Source: an uncultured cyanobacterium (GTDB lineage Bacteria > Cyanobacteriota > Cyanobacteriia > Cyanobacteriales > CAWUOF01). From it: a stretch of DNA of 64,000 nt. Every line of letters begins with the position of its first letter. The stretch's first letter is position 1. The position numbers and the translations under genes are program-made. The notes beneath the pieces are model-generated. The model was not told where the DNA came from. It did not search any database and saw nothing but the letters and a program-made list of their open reading frames with translations. Positions 23,009 through 33,336 of this stretch are shown in pieces. The DNA lies in NCBI GenBank assembly GCA_963744145.1, contig CAVUSO010000001.1, positions 5,344,001-5,408,000 of the forward strand. The letters are read 5' to 3'.

Positions 23009-25532
23009 TTAGATTGATACATAGGATTCTACTAAATTTAGAATTTCTTTATCTTCAAAAGAATCAGCTAACGCTAGAATGCGATTGACAAAAGGAATAT
23101 ATTTAGTATCAATCTCTTGTAAGCGTTTAGCTTCTTCTTCGATCGCTGTAATATCACCGATTTTTGCCGCGGCATAGATTTGAGCTAATTCTAGAGCAGG
23201 TGGTACAATTAGGGTGGTGTTTTCCAGGACTGATGCTAAACTGGTTGATTGATGATCTAGGGGCAATGTTGATTCATAAACCCATTCAATTTTGAGATAT
23301 TTCTGAAAATAAAAGAATAATTTTTTGATATCAATCGGTTGGAAAATAAAATCATTAAAATTAGCTTTGATCCGATTAACTTGCTCAGGGGATAAACCCT
23401 GATTAGTAGCAGCAATAATCACGATATGATTAAATTTCGATAATTTCCGTAAACTCTGGGCAAATTGAAAACCATCAAGAATTGGTATTTCTAAATCTGT
23501 GATAATTAAATCGGGACTAAAGTATTTTACTTGAGTTAATGCTTCTTCCCCATTAGTTGCTTCCATGCACTCAAACCCAATGGGTTTAAGAATATCGAGG
23601 AGAATTAAACGATTTTCTGGGTTGGGATCAACAATTAATATTTTGCGTCGTTGACCTTGATAACCAACAATTTTTCCTTGATCCGCAATAGGGGCAGTAT
23701 TTTTCCATTCAGTTGCGATCGGAAATTCCAGTTCAAACCAGAAGGTACTTCCAAATCCAGGAGTGCTACTAACTTCAATCTTACTCCCCAGGATATTCAC
23801 AATTTTTTGGCTGAGTGCCAGTCCTAATCCCGTACCTTTTTGTCGTCGATAAACACTACTAACTTGTTCAAAGGGTAAAAAGATTGTTTCAATTTTTTCC
23901 GGAACAATACCTAACCCTGTATCTTGAATAGAAAAGCGAATCTTAACGTGAGAATCTCTTAATTCTAAAATAGTTACGTCGAAGGTAATACTACCTATCT
24001 CTGTAAACTTTACCGCATTATCCAGGAGATTCATTAACACTTGTCGCAGATGTTTATCATCAACTTGGATCGCAGTAGGTAGATTTGAGCTTACTTGATA
24101 ATGAAAATTAATCCCTTTTTTCTGGGCATGAGTGCGGGACAGTTCAATAATATTACTGAGAAAATAGGGTAAATGAACATCTTTGGGTTCTAGCTCCATT
24201 TTTTGAGTTTCGATTTTAGAAAGATCGAGAATATCATTAATTAAACCCAGCAGATAGGTGCCACATTGATAAATAATATTCACATTATTCTTATGCAGAT
24301 TTAGGTCATTAGCGTGTTGCATCAGTTGTGCTGCACCCAAAATTCCATTCAAAGGAGTTCTTAATCCATCACTGATCGATGCAATAAAATCGCTTTTAGC
24401 TTGATTAGCGACTTCTACTGCTACTCTTGCTTCATCCAGATGTACTTCTAATTTTTTCCGATCGCTCAGATCGCGCAAAATCACGATATATTGGGGAAGC
24501 GCATCTTTTTTTACTTCCGCAATTGTTACTTCAATAATTCTTGAGGGCTGAGGTAGAGATAGATTGCTAAAAACCCCTAAGTGTAGAGTTTGCTCACTCC
24601 GAGTCGAGAAAAATTCTGGTTGATTTGGTAAATCGGGAAAAAACTGATTGAGATGATAACCAATTAACTGCTCCGCATTGAGTCCAACCATTTCAGTAGT
24701 GGCTGGATTAATTCGACAAATAATTCCAGTTTCATCTAACAATAAAATTGGCTCGTTCACTAGATTTAAAGTTTTGATCAACAGAGTTTCAGCTTGGTCT
24801 TTAGCCGCAGCGATCGCCGTAATTTGGGGTAAAATAGTCCCGCAGGCGATCGCCACACTAATCAAAGCAATACTTAGCAATAAAATTACAAAAATATTGG
24901 TGTTTATACTACTATAAAAATGATCTAGTCGGCCTCTGAGCAACCAACTGATTGTAGTTGCACCACCAACTAATAACAGCAGCATGATGACTTGATACTG
25001 GATCAAATGAGAAAAATGGCTCATTGTTTGATTTTTCTGAGGACGGAACCACCAATCAGCAAGAAAGATTGCCAAGGGGAGACGACGAATAAATAGATCG
25101 ATCATTAAAATTACCATCGGCAAGAGAAGTCCAATCACAAAATTTTGCCGATTCCAAGCTAACCCACATACTACTAAAATGACACATTCAGCGACAAAAA
25201 TGCCACCAGAAAGCCAAGGCCAACGCACTTCGGTGCGATCTTTACCTAACCATAGTCCCATGTGTAAGATCATCATGGTTAACAGGTAGCCCGGACCTGT
25301 AATCATCACAATCTTAACCAGAATTGATGCAGACGGCGGGATAATGCCCTAACCAAGGATCGGGGCTGAACAGTCGAGTGATATAAATTGGCGTTCCACC
25401 AGCTAAATCCGGCCATTTTTCGCCCAAGCGTTTCACTTGTAAGTTGAGCAGAATGCCGACGATGGTAGCAGGTAAGATGACTAAGGGACTAAGAATGCGG
25501 GGCAGACGCCTGGGTAATGGTTGATTGAGCAT
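23009..25532 (-). pseudogene. Internally deleted fourth APC-kinase paralogue: 5' fragment 25314-25532 plus 766-aa ORF 23009-25309 with a His-less H-box
   Basis: The fragment matches paralogue N-termini with gaps; frameshift near 25340. H-box reads SDGLRTPL instead of SHELRTPL; receiver has IVDP (not ADD) and QP (not KP). Confidence 0.75.
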
Positions 25533-25664
25533 GATGATGGTGAATTTTATCTAGAGCTTGAAAATAAATCTTTTGCCCTGAACAAAAGATTTATTCGTAG
25601 CAAAATTGCCAGCTATAATTCAATTGTAATTGATCGCCATCCCCAGACTATAATTAAATTAGGA

Positions 25665-26684
25665 TTAAGGGCGATCGCTTGCTGGCCAAGGAATACTGAC
25701 AGCGCGTAAAAATGCAGCGCTTTCTTCAGGTAAAGTAGTATTAATAAACATTCCCGTTCCTAATTCAAATCCAGCCGCCACAGAAGTTCTGGGTATCAGT
25801 GCTAAATACCAATGAAAATATGAAGCACTTTCATCTGCTGTCGGGATCGAGCGAATGGTATAGTTATAATCGGGATTATTTAAGCCATAGAAAAGTTTTC
25901 CTAGTAAAATTTTCAACATTTTTGCTAAGTCAGTAATTTCCACATCAGTAATTTCATCAAAAGAAGATGTATGGCGGCGCGGAAAAATCCAGAGATGAAA
26001 GGGAGAAAGGGCAGCGTAAGGGATAAAAGCAACAAAATGTTCTCCTGCAACCACAATTCTTTCACCAATGGCGATTTCCTCTTGTAAGGTCTGGCAAAAA
26101 ATACATTCACCTGTATCATCAAAATAGCGAATCGCTTCTTGAGCCCGAATTCGCAATTGATAGGGTACGATTGGTGTTCCCGCTAGTTGGGAATGTGGAT
26201 GTTCCAAAGAAGTTCCAGCCGCTTTCCCATGATTTTTAAAAATAATGATGGTCTCTACCCTTGGATCTAGTTTGAGGGTGCTGTATCTTTGACGATAAAC
26301 TTGCAAAATATTAGCGATATCCTCTAGATCCATCAATGCGATCGTCAAATCATGTCGGGGATGTTCGATAATAACTTCGTGAACCCCAACTCCTGATAAG
26401 CACCGATTCATCCCTTTTACTTGTCTGACTCGTTCTCCCACATTAGAGAGTGCTGGAAATTTATTAGCTACAGCACGCACCCTCCAGCTATTTCCATCGC
26501 TGATCCGCAATGATTCTGGTCCTGTAATTAGTTCGTTTCCCAAACAAAACGGACAATCTGACCGATACTGGGGCATTTCAATCGCTTTGGTAAAAGCTGA
26601 GGCAAATTCGTCGGGTCTTTTCGACCTTTCTGTCGCGATGATTACCCAGTCTCTGGTAATGGCATTTAACCTAATTTCTGACAT
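25665..26684 (-). CDS. galT: Galactose-1-phosphate uridylyltransferase family protein
   Basis: WVIIATERSKRP, CPFC, NKFPAL, HEVIIE, SLEHPHSQ active site, AGFELG. Confidence 0.92.
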   Translation of the reverse strand: MSEIRLNAITRDWVIIATERSKRPDEFASAFTKAIEMPQYRSDCPFCLGNELITGPESLRISDGNSWRVRAVANKFPALSNVGERVRQVKGMNRCLSGVGVHEVIIEHPRHDLTIALMDLEDIANILQVYRQRYSTLKLDPRVETIIIFKNHGKAAGTSLEHPHSQLAGTPIVPYQLRIRAQEAIRYFDDTGECIFCQTLQEEIAIGERIVVAGEHFVAFIPYAALSPFHLWIFPRRHTSSFDEITDVEITDLAKMLKILLGKLFYGLNNPDYNYTIRSIPTADESASYFHWYLALIPRTSVAAGFELGTGMFINTTLPEESAAFLRAVSIPWPASDRP

Positions 26685-26909
26685 TACTATCCTCTCTGTA
26701 AATATATATGTACGGTTTGGCAATCAATTTTCTAAAATTTCTTGCCTTTGCTGGAATTTAGTGCTAGGATATACTTACTTAGTACGCTTAAGATAATGAT
26801 ATTTTAGATATATTAATAAAAAGCGATCGCGATCAGTAATGTGATCGCGATCAGTAGACCAGAAAGCCAAAATAACTAGGACGGATATCTTACCGATCCA
26901 ATAACTTGT

Positions 26910-27257
26910 TTAAGTCTGCGTGAGCTTATGAAACAACCAAGTCACAAAAGATAAAACAATCGAGCCAAAAAAAGCAGGCCAAAACCCATGTATGCTAAAA
27001 CCATAACGTGCTGTGACGAATCCGACTAGAGACAGGGTAATCGCATTCACCACTAATAGAAAGAATCCCAAAGTAAGAACAGTCAGGGGCAAGGTAAAAA
27101 ATACCAATATGGGTCTGACTACAGCATTAGCTAGCCCCAAAATGATGGCAGCAATCAGCGCACCACCAATGCTCTTAACATCAAAACCTGGTACTATATA
27201 GGATGTAATTACCAGGGAGATCGCGGTGATTAGCCAAGTTAATAAAAAGTGTGGCAT
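26910..27257 (-). CDS. 4-TM YvlD/DUF360 (holin superfamily IV-like) membrane protein
   Basis: LANAVVRPILVFFTLPLTVLTLGFFLLVVNA signature. Confidence 0.85.
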   Translation of the reverse strand: MPHFLLTWLITAISLVITSYIVPGFDVKSIGGALIAAIILGLANAVVRPILVFFTLPLTVLTLGFFLLVVNAITLSLVGFVTARYGFSIHGFWPAFFGSIVLSFVTWLFHKLTQT

Positions 27258-27463
27258 AAGTGCTTAAAAAAACGTCTATATATAAGTATAAGCGATCTGA
27301 TGGGTAGCTTCTGACCAATCAAAAAGCTGGTGAGGCTAGTGGGACATTTGGCTGTACTACTATGGTTTTCTTGATTATTTTTGGGAGTGAATATTTTAAT
27401 CTGATTTTAATTAAAAAAGTCAAGTAAATCATGTAATAATATAACATAGTTTACCTAAAATTA

Positions 27464-27955
27464 ATGATGATTCGCCAACTAACTGCTTTTGTAATAGCAC
27501 TATTTTTGTTGATTTTGTCTTTACCAGCGATCGCTTTAGATCATCCAAGTTTCACCTCCTTTAATAGTGTCGAGCTGACCAATCGTGACTTTTCTGGACA
27601 AGATTTACATACAGCTGAATTTGCTAGTGCAACGATCGAGAAAAGCAATTTTGCCAATACTAATTTAACCGGATCGGTTTTCAGCACCTCAGTAATAAAT
27701 CAGGTAAATTTGCATGGTGCAAATCTCACTTATTCCATGATTGATCAAGTAAAATTTATCAACAGTGATTTAAGTGATGCAATTTTGGTAGAAACAATTT
27801 TATTGCGAACTATTTTCACCAATGTTGATATTACTGGAGCTGATTTCACGGATGCGATTTTAGACGGTCTCCAAGTGAAGATTTTATGTGAGCAAGCATC
27901 TGGAGTAAATTCAATCACTGGTGTATCAACTCGTGATTCCCTTGGTTGTGATTGA
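27464..27955 (+). CDS. Exported (probably lumenal) pentapeptide repeat protein
   Basis: Signal peptide, A(N/D)LT repeats, C-terminal LC..ASGVN..TG.STRDSLGC. Confidence 0.88.
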   Translation: MMIRQLTAFVIALFLLILSLPAIALDHPSFTSFNSVELTNRDFSGQDLHTAEFASATIEKSNFANTNLTGSVFSTSVINQVNLHGANLTYSMIDQVKFINSDLSDAILVETILLRTIFTNVDITGADFTDAILDGLQVKILCEQASGVNSITGVSTRDSLGCD

Positions 27956-27969
27956 CTTGGTTGTGATGA

Positions 27970-29325
27970 CTATTTTAGTATTTCTAAACATAAATGACGA
28001 AAATGATCACCGCGCTGTTCAAAGTTTTGATATTGATCAAAACTAGCACAAGCAGGAGAAAGTAAAACCACACGAGCATTGAGGATTTGAGCCATTTCCC
28101 GCGCTTTTAATACTGCTTGTTCCATTGTTTCGACAATTTCGTAACGAGAATGATGGATATCTTCTAAGCGTTTGGCAAAAACTCCAGCCGCATCACCAAT
28201 TAATAATACAGCGGCAGTTTTAGTTTGGATCGTATTGATCCAAGCGGTATCATCTCCAGCTTTTGCTTCTCCACCAGCAATTAAAATTACTGGTGCATTA
28301 ACAGCAGCTAATCCAACTTGAGCAGCATCATAATTAGTGGCTTTGCTATCATTAATAAAATCTACTCCTTGCCAAGTACAGATATATTCAAGACGATGGG
28401 GAACTCCGGGGAAAGTATCAATCGCTTGGGCGATCGCTTCTTTTTCTATTCCTGCTAATTTCGCTGTAGCTACAGCCATTAATAAATTTTGTAAATTATG
28501 TTCACCCACCATTTTTAAAGTTGATGCGGGTACTACTTTTTCTCCCAGAGCAATCACCCAATCATCCTCAAGATAGATCCCCCAGTTGGGATCACCTAAC
28601 AGATGCGCTTTCCCTTTCACACTGGTCCAGAAAGCATCGGGCCATTGTTCTAAGCCGAGATTACGGAGATAAGCATCATCACCATTAAATACCTGCAACT
28701 CTGATTGTTTGAGGAGATGAGCTTTAATATTGTAATAATTTTCTAGAGTTTGATGACGGTTGAGGTGATCGGGGGTGAAGGTTGTCCAGACACCGATTCT
28801 TGGTGCCACATTCGGAGATGATTCAATTTGATAGCTACTAATTTCGGCAATTACCCAATTAGGAGGAGTTTTGCGTAGAGCTACCTCACAAATAGCATAA
28901 CCAATATTACCACAAGCAGGAGCATCAAAACCAGCAGCTTGGAATATCGCTGAAACTAAAGCAGTGGTAGTAGTTTTACCATTAGTCCCAGTAATTCCTA
29001 CCCAAGGACGAGTTTGGAGATGACGCCATGCTAGTTCAACTTCGCCAATGGTGTCAATCCCTAATTCCCTAGCACGAACTAATGGGGGTAAATCCCAAGG
29101 AACACCAGGACTAACGACAATTAACTGAGGAGGATCGGGAATATCTGGGTGAAAAGAATAACCCAATTGCACATTAATGTCTTCTGTAACCAGTTGTTGT
29201 TGATATTGGTGCAGGGTTTCCGAGTCAGTGCGATCGCTCACCGTCACTTTCCACCCTTTTTGTTTCAGCAATCTTGCGGCTGTGATCCCTGATTTTCCCA
29301 GCCCGATAACATGAGCATTAGACAT
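27970..29325 (-). CDS. murD: UDP-MurNAc-L-Ala:D-Glu ligase
   Basis: [42 protein letters not shown]. Confidence 0.97.
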   Translation of the reverse strand: MSNAHVIGLGKSGITAARLLKQKGWKVTVSDRTDSETLHQYQQQLVTEDINVQLGYSFHPDIPDPPQLIVVSPGVPWDLPPLVRARELGIDTIGEVELAWRHLQTRPWVGITGTNGKTTTTALVSAIFQAAGFDAPACGNIGYAICEVALRKTPPNWVIAEISSYQIESSPNVAPRIGVWTTFTPDHLNRHQTLENYYNIKAHLLKQSELQVFNGDDAYLRNLGLEQWPDAFWTSVKGKAHLLGDPNWGIYLEDDWVIALGEKVVPASTLKMVGEHNLQNLLMAVATAKLAGIEKEAIAQAIDTFPGVPHRLEYICTWQGVDFINDSKATNYDAAQVGLAAVNAPVILIAGGEAKAGDDTAWINTIQTKTAAVLLIGDAAGVFAKRLEDIHHSRYEIVETMEQAVLKAREMAQILNARVVLLSPACASFDQYQNFEQRGDHFRHLCLEILK

Positions 29326-29380
29326 ATTGATAGATATCCCTGGGTTAGCTTTTTAATGTTATCAGACTATGGGATATTTT

Positions 29381-31516
29381 TTAAGTTTTAACAATCGGAC
29401 CAAAATCGGCTAAAACGCGAGCGTGATTGCGTAAGAGTCCGAGTAGATTTAAACGATTACGTTTGATCTCTGGATCTGAGTCCATCACTAAAACGCTATC
29501 TGGACCATCAAAAAAATTGCTAACCGTGGGGGCAATTTGAGTTAACGCTGTCACTAATTGTTGGTAATTGCGTGATGCTTGAGCAGCTTGGGTTTGGGGT
29601 AATAACTCAATCAGTGCATCATAGAAATCTTGTTCACAGGATTTTTGGAATCGGGCTGGATTTACTGCTATTTTAGCATCAAGTTGGCGAGAATCTAAGT
29701 TTCCTTGAGCCGCTAGACGAGTGGAACGATTCACCGTTTCATAAATCTGGTCTAAACTATTATTAATGCGGATATTTTGGAGGAATAGAGCGCGATCGCG
29801 GGTATCGAGTAAATCTGTTAATGCTCTTTCTGCATATTCCGGATCATTTTCTCCTAATACTGCACTAACTAGATCATAATCAATTCCTTTTTCTTCTTGT
29901 AATAAGGTGCGTAGACGTTGGGAAAAGAATTCTTGCAGTTGGTTAAATAATTCTGGGGAAGCTTTAGGATGATTGGCGATAATTTGCTGAATTAATTCAT
30001 ATAAATTAAGGGATAAATCAGCACTCCAGATCATATTAATAATCCCATTCGCAGCACGACGCAAAGCAAAGGGATCAGAAGAACCGGTCGGGAGCATTCC
30101 TAAACCGAAGATACTAATCAGAGTATCGATTTTATCAGCGATCGCAATAACTTGACCGACAATAGTTTGGGGTAAGCGATCTCCTGCACCTCTGGGTAAA
30201 TAATGCTCAAAAATCCCCGTCGCAACTGCTTCTGATTCCCCACTAGCAAGAGCATATTTTTCTCCCATAATTCCTTGTAGCTCTGGGAATTCATAGACCA
30301 TCTGGGTAACTAAATCAGCTTTACAGAGCAAAGCAGCACGATTAATATTAGTGCGATCGCTTGCTTCTATCTGTAGCTGTTGACTAATTAATTCTGCATT
30401 TTTTGCTAATCGGTCTACCTTCGCTCCCATTGACCCTAATGCTTCTTGAAATGTCACTTTTTCGAGTAAGGGTAAATATGCTTCTAAAGGTTTAGCTAAG
30501 TCAGTTTGATAGAAAAAATTTCCATCCGCTAATCGGGCACGAATCACTCTTTCATTACCAGCAGCGATCGCCGCTGATTTCTGGGGATCGCCATTGGAAA
30601 TAGTAATAAAATAGGGTAATAATTCCGGAGAGTCTTGACTTTTATAGATGGGAAAATAACGCTGATGGGTTACCATCACAGTTTTAATGACTTCCGATGG
30701 CAAATTCAGAAATTCTACATCAAATTTACCAACTACAGCCGTGGGAAATTCAACTAAGTTAGTCACTTCCGCTAGTAATTGCGCTGGAATTTCTGCCCAA
30801 CCACCAATTTGAGTAGCAGCATCGCTAATTGCTTGTCTAATCTTAGTTTGACGTACTTCTGGAGCAACATCGACATACCCACTAGCTAGAAGTTCTACAT
30901 AATTTTCTGCATGACTAATAATAATCGGTTGGGGATGTAAAACTCGATGTACTTGGGATCTGCGATCGCTTGTTACTGTCTCACATCCATTGACTAATTC
31001 GATTGGTAATAGAGTATCATCTAATAAGGCAACCAACCAACGGATCGGACGCGGGAATTTTAGATCCCCATCAGACCAGCGCATTAACCGTTTACCTTCT
31101 AATTTAAAGATCCATTCGGGAATTAATTGGGTCAGAATCGCAGCGGTAGGATGTCCAGGGATATGTTTACGGATAAAGACAAAATCACCTTTGTCCGTGG
31201 GACGAATTTCCAGGGTATCTAATTCTACCCCCTGTTTTTTGGCAAATCCAACTGCGGCTGGTGTTGGTTTACCATTTTTGAAAGCAGTGGTAGCAGGTGG
31301 ACCTTTGATTTCTTCTTGTCGATCGGGTTGTTGGAGGGGTAAACCCTTGATTAATATCGCCAGACGACGTGGTGTAGCGTATATATTAATAGTATCGTTA
31401 GTTAATGAGTGTTCAGCCAGACTAGCGGGAAGACGAGATTGCCATTGGGCGATCGCTTCATCAATAAAGGTCGCGGGTAATTCTTCTGTACCGACTTCTA
31501 ATAAAAACGTAGCCAT
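29381..31516 (-). CDS. glyS: Glycine--tRNA ligase beta subunit
   Basis: [41 protein letters not shown]. Confidence 0.97.
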   Translation of the reverse strand: MATFLLEVGTEELPATFIDEAIAQWQSRLPASLAEHSLTNDTINIYATPRRLAILIKGLPLQQPDRQEEIKGPPATTAFKNGKPTPAAVGFAKKQGVELDTLEIRPTDKGDFVFIRKHIPGHPTAAILTQLIPEWIFKLEGKRLMRWSDGDLKFPRPIRWLVALLDDTLLPIELVNGCETVTSDRRSQVHRVLHPQPIIISHAENYVELLASGYVDVAPEVRQTKIRQAISDAATQIGGWAEIPAQLLAEVTNLVEFPTAVVGKFDVEFLNLPSEVIKTVMVTHQRYFPIYKSQDSPELLPYFITISNGDPQKSAAIAAGNERVIRARLADGNFFYQTDLAKPLEAYLPLLEKVTFQEALGSMGAKVDRLAKNAELISQQLQIEASDRTNINRAALLCKADLVTQMVYEFPELQGIMGEKYALASGESEAVATGIFEHYLPRGAGDRLPQTIVGQVIAIADKIDTLISIFGLGMLPTGSSDPFALRRAANGIINMIWSADLSLNLYELIQQIIANHPKASPELFNQLQEFFSQRLRTLLQEEKGIDYDLVSAVLGENDPEYAERALTDLLDTRDRALFLQNIRINNSLDQIYETVNRSTRLAAQGNLDSRQLDAKIAVNPARFQKSCEQDFYDALIELLPQTQAAQASRNYQQLVTALTQIAPTVSNFFDGPDSVLVMDSDPEIKRNRLNLLGLLRNHARVLADFGPIVKT

Positions 31517-31614
31517 ATATTACGGTGATTTACTGCTGGACTGGACATAAAAAGCTGGTTTAAGTAGTTTACAATATTTTCTCTGCTCACAACCCGACCT
31601 CTCAAATAAGTGGG

Positions 31615-31650
31615 ATAACTCTTGTGGGACAGACATCTTGTCTGTCCTAT
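31615..31650. repeat. Short palindromic repeat GGACAGACA-TCT-TGTCTGTCC
   Basis: Same family as the inverted pair at 45909-45976. Confidence 0.75.
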
Positions 31651-31686
31651 TTACCAATTTAAGACAAAACTCACCAATTAAAGGTC

Positions 31687-31714
31687 TGGACTTTGGCAAA
31701 ATTTCAGCTATAAT
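31687..31714 (+). promoter_or_regulatory. Putative sigma70-type promoter (TGGACT-16-TATAAT) upstream of the structured leader and GNAT gene
   Basis: Perfect TATAAT at 31709-31714 and a 4/6 -35 match. Confidence 0.5.
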
Positions 31715-31720
31715 ACATAA

Positions 31721-32130
31721 CATGATAGTTTATACATTGTTAATCATCCGTCCCTACCCACCTGGGTGAGCCAGCTAGAGGAAGCAAGTCTACCATCAAA
31801 GGGTGTAGTTTGATACAAACCAGAAGTTAAATTGTGATAGCTTACTGGGGGTGAGATACTTCTTTACCTAGCTGTAATAACGCTTTTATATTCTCAGAAA
31901 CATAATTGTAAAATTGTCCATTGCCAAGGTGACAAGCACAAACAAAACCGCTCTACTGTGCTTGTTTAAATAAAATTCTGGCGTAAATAACCCAAAGGGG
32001 TGAAACTACCTTCCAAAAGCTTGAAAAAGCGAGGAGAACCTCGTTTAAATAAAGAGGTTCCAGACTTATTGAAATCATTTTTAATTTTGACTAACCGCGA
32101 TCGCACGGGGGTTAGTTAATTTTGTTTATT
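31721..32130 (+). ncRNA. Candidate structured ncRNA or 5' leader ending in an intrinsic terminator
   Basis: No ORF of 60 aa or more; several stems (CAGCTAG/CTAGCTG, ATCAAA/TTTGAT, ACAAGCACA/TGTGCTTGT, GAACCTC/GAGGTTC); terminal hairpin TTGACTAACC/GGTTAGTTAA followed by a T-tract. Confidence 0.45.
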
Positions 32131-32253
32131 TATTGACACTCTTTAGGAGTGTTAAGAGAGGTTTTTGTTGTTTTTTAAACAACTACCATTCAACGGAATT
32201 GTCAATTAATTAGGAGTAGGAACAGTCTGGGTCGACCAGGTTGGATTTTTTGT

Positions 32254-33231
32254 ATGAAAACCATAAAAAGAAGACCCTATTTGGGTGAAACAGATCGAAA
32301 AGCGATCGCAGATTTTCTCAATGCTTATGAAGCTCATAGTCAACTGGAGCAAGATCAATCTGTTTCACAAATTCATCGAGAAATAGATGCTCCAGGGGTA
32401 GATAAGACTCAAAATTTGCGTTTGTGGGAAGATGAAGATGGTAAATTAATGGGTTTTGGATATTTATATATGCTCAATCCCAGCCCAGTAATTGATGCTT
32501 ATCTTTCCCTCTGTGTAGAAAGACCAGAGATCGGAGAAAATGACTTTAGTGCCCATGATTTAGCAAGAGATATTATTAACTGGGGTGAAGAGCGGTTACG
32601 AGAAGTGGGCAAAAAAGTAGATTTACCAGTTAATCTACGTTTCTGTGTTCATGAGGATCGGAAGGATCGGATTTCCTTGTTAACGGAAAGAGGATTTAAA
32701 GTTGATCGTTACTATTTGACCATGAAGCGATCGCTAAATCTAGATATTCCCTTACCACAATTTCCGGCTGGGTTTAGATTATCTCATCGCACTAAAAAAG
32801 GAGATTTACAAGCTTGGGTGGAGCTATTTAATGAGTCATTTATTGACCATTGGAATCACCATGACTTAAATATTGCAACTTTAAAACATTGGTTAAATGA
32901 TCCCAACTATAATCCTGAACTGGATTTAATTGCGATCGCACCGAATGGCAAATTTGCAGCTTTTTGTTACTGTAATATTAATCCCATTGAAAATTTGCGG
33001 TATGGACATAACGAAGGTTGGATTGAATGGTTAGGAACACAGCGTAATTTCCGGAAACTGGGTTTAGGAAAAGCCATGTTGTTAGCTGGGTTACACTGTT
33101 TAAAAAAAGCTGGTGTTGCTACAGCAAAATTAAGTGTGGATGCGGACAGTTTGACGGGTGCTACTAGACTCTACGAATCGGTTGGGTTTAGACCGGTTGA
33201 AACTTGGGTAGACTATGTGAAAGCGATTTAA
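32254..33231 (+). CDS. Tandem-GNAT acetyltransferase (MshD-like architecture)
   Basis: C-terminal acetyl-CoA motif GTQRNFRKLGLGKAML and ATRLYESVGF. Confidence 0.88.
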   Translation: MKTIKRRPYLGETDRKAIADFLNAYEAHSQLEQDQSVSQIHREIDAPGVDKTQNLRLWEDEDGKLMGFGYLYMLNPSPVIDAYLSLCVERPEIGENDFSAHDLARDIINWGEERLREVGKKVDLPVNLRFCVHEDRKDRISLLTERGFKVDRYYLTMKRSLNLDIPLPQFPAGFRLSHRTKKGDLQAWVELFNESFIDHWNHHDLNIATLKHWLNDPNYNPELDLIAIAPNGKFAAFCYCNINPIENLRYGHNEGWIEWLGTQRNFRKLGLGKAMLLAGLHCLKKAGVATAKLSVDADSLTGATRLYESVGFRPVETWVDYVKAI

Positions 33232-33240
33232 AAACTCGCG

Positions 33241-33336
33241 GTAGGGGCGTATTGCAATACGCCCCTACAGTTAATACGCCCCTACAGTTAATACGCCCCT
33301 ACAGTTAATACGCCCCTACAGTTAATACGCCCCTAC
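33241..33336. repeat. GTAG-type REP-like palindrome followed by a 17-bp tandem expansion of its right arm (5 x AATACGCCCCTAC)
   Basis: Copies start at 33256, 33273, 33290, 33307 and 33324; lies between convergent genes. Confidence 0.9.

Noticed and set aside
26910..27257. Prophage inferred from the holin-like gene
   Set aside because: This family is a common chromosomal membrane protein and no phage genes are nearby.
30990..31550. 186-aa + strand ORF
   Set aside because: Antisense to glyS, with no recognisable motifs.
33241..33336. Possible CRISPR array
   Set aside because: The repeats are contiguous 17-mers with no unique spacers, and there are no cas genes.
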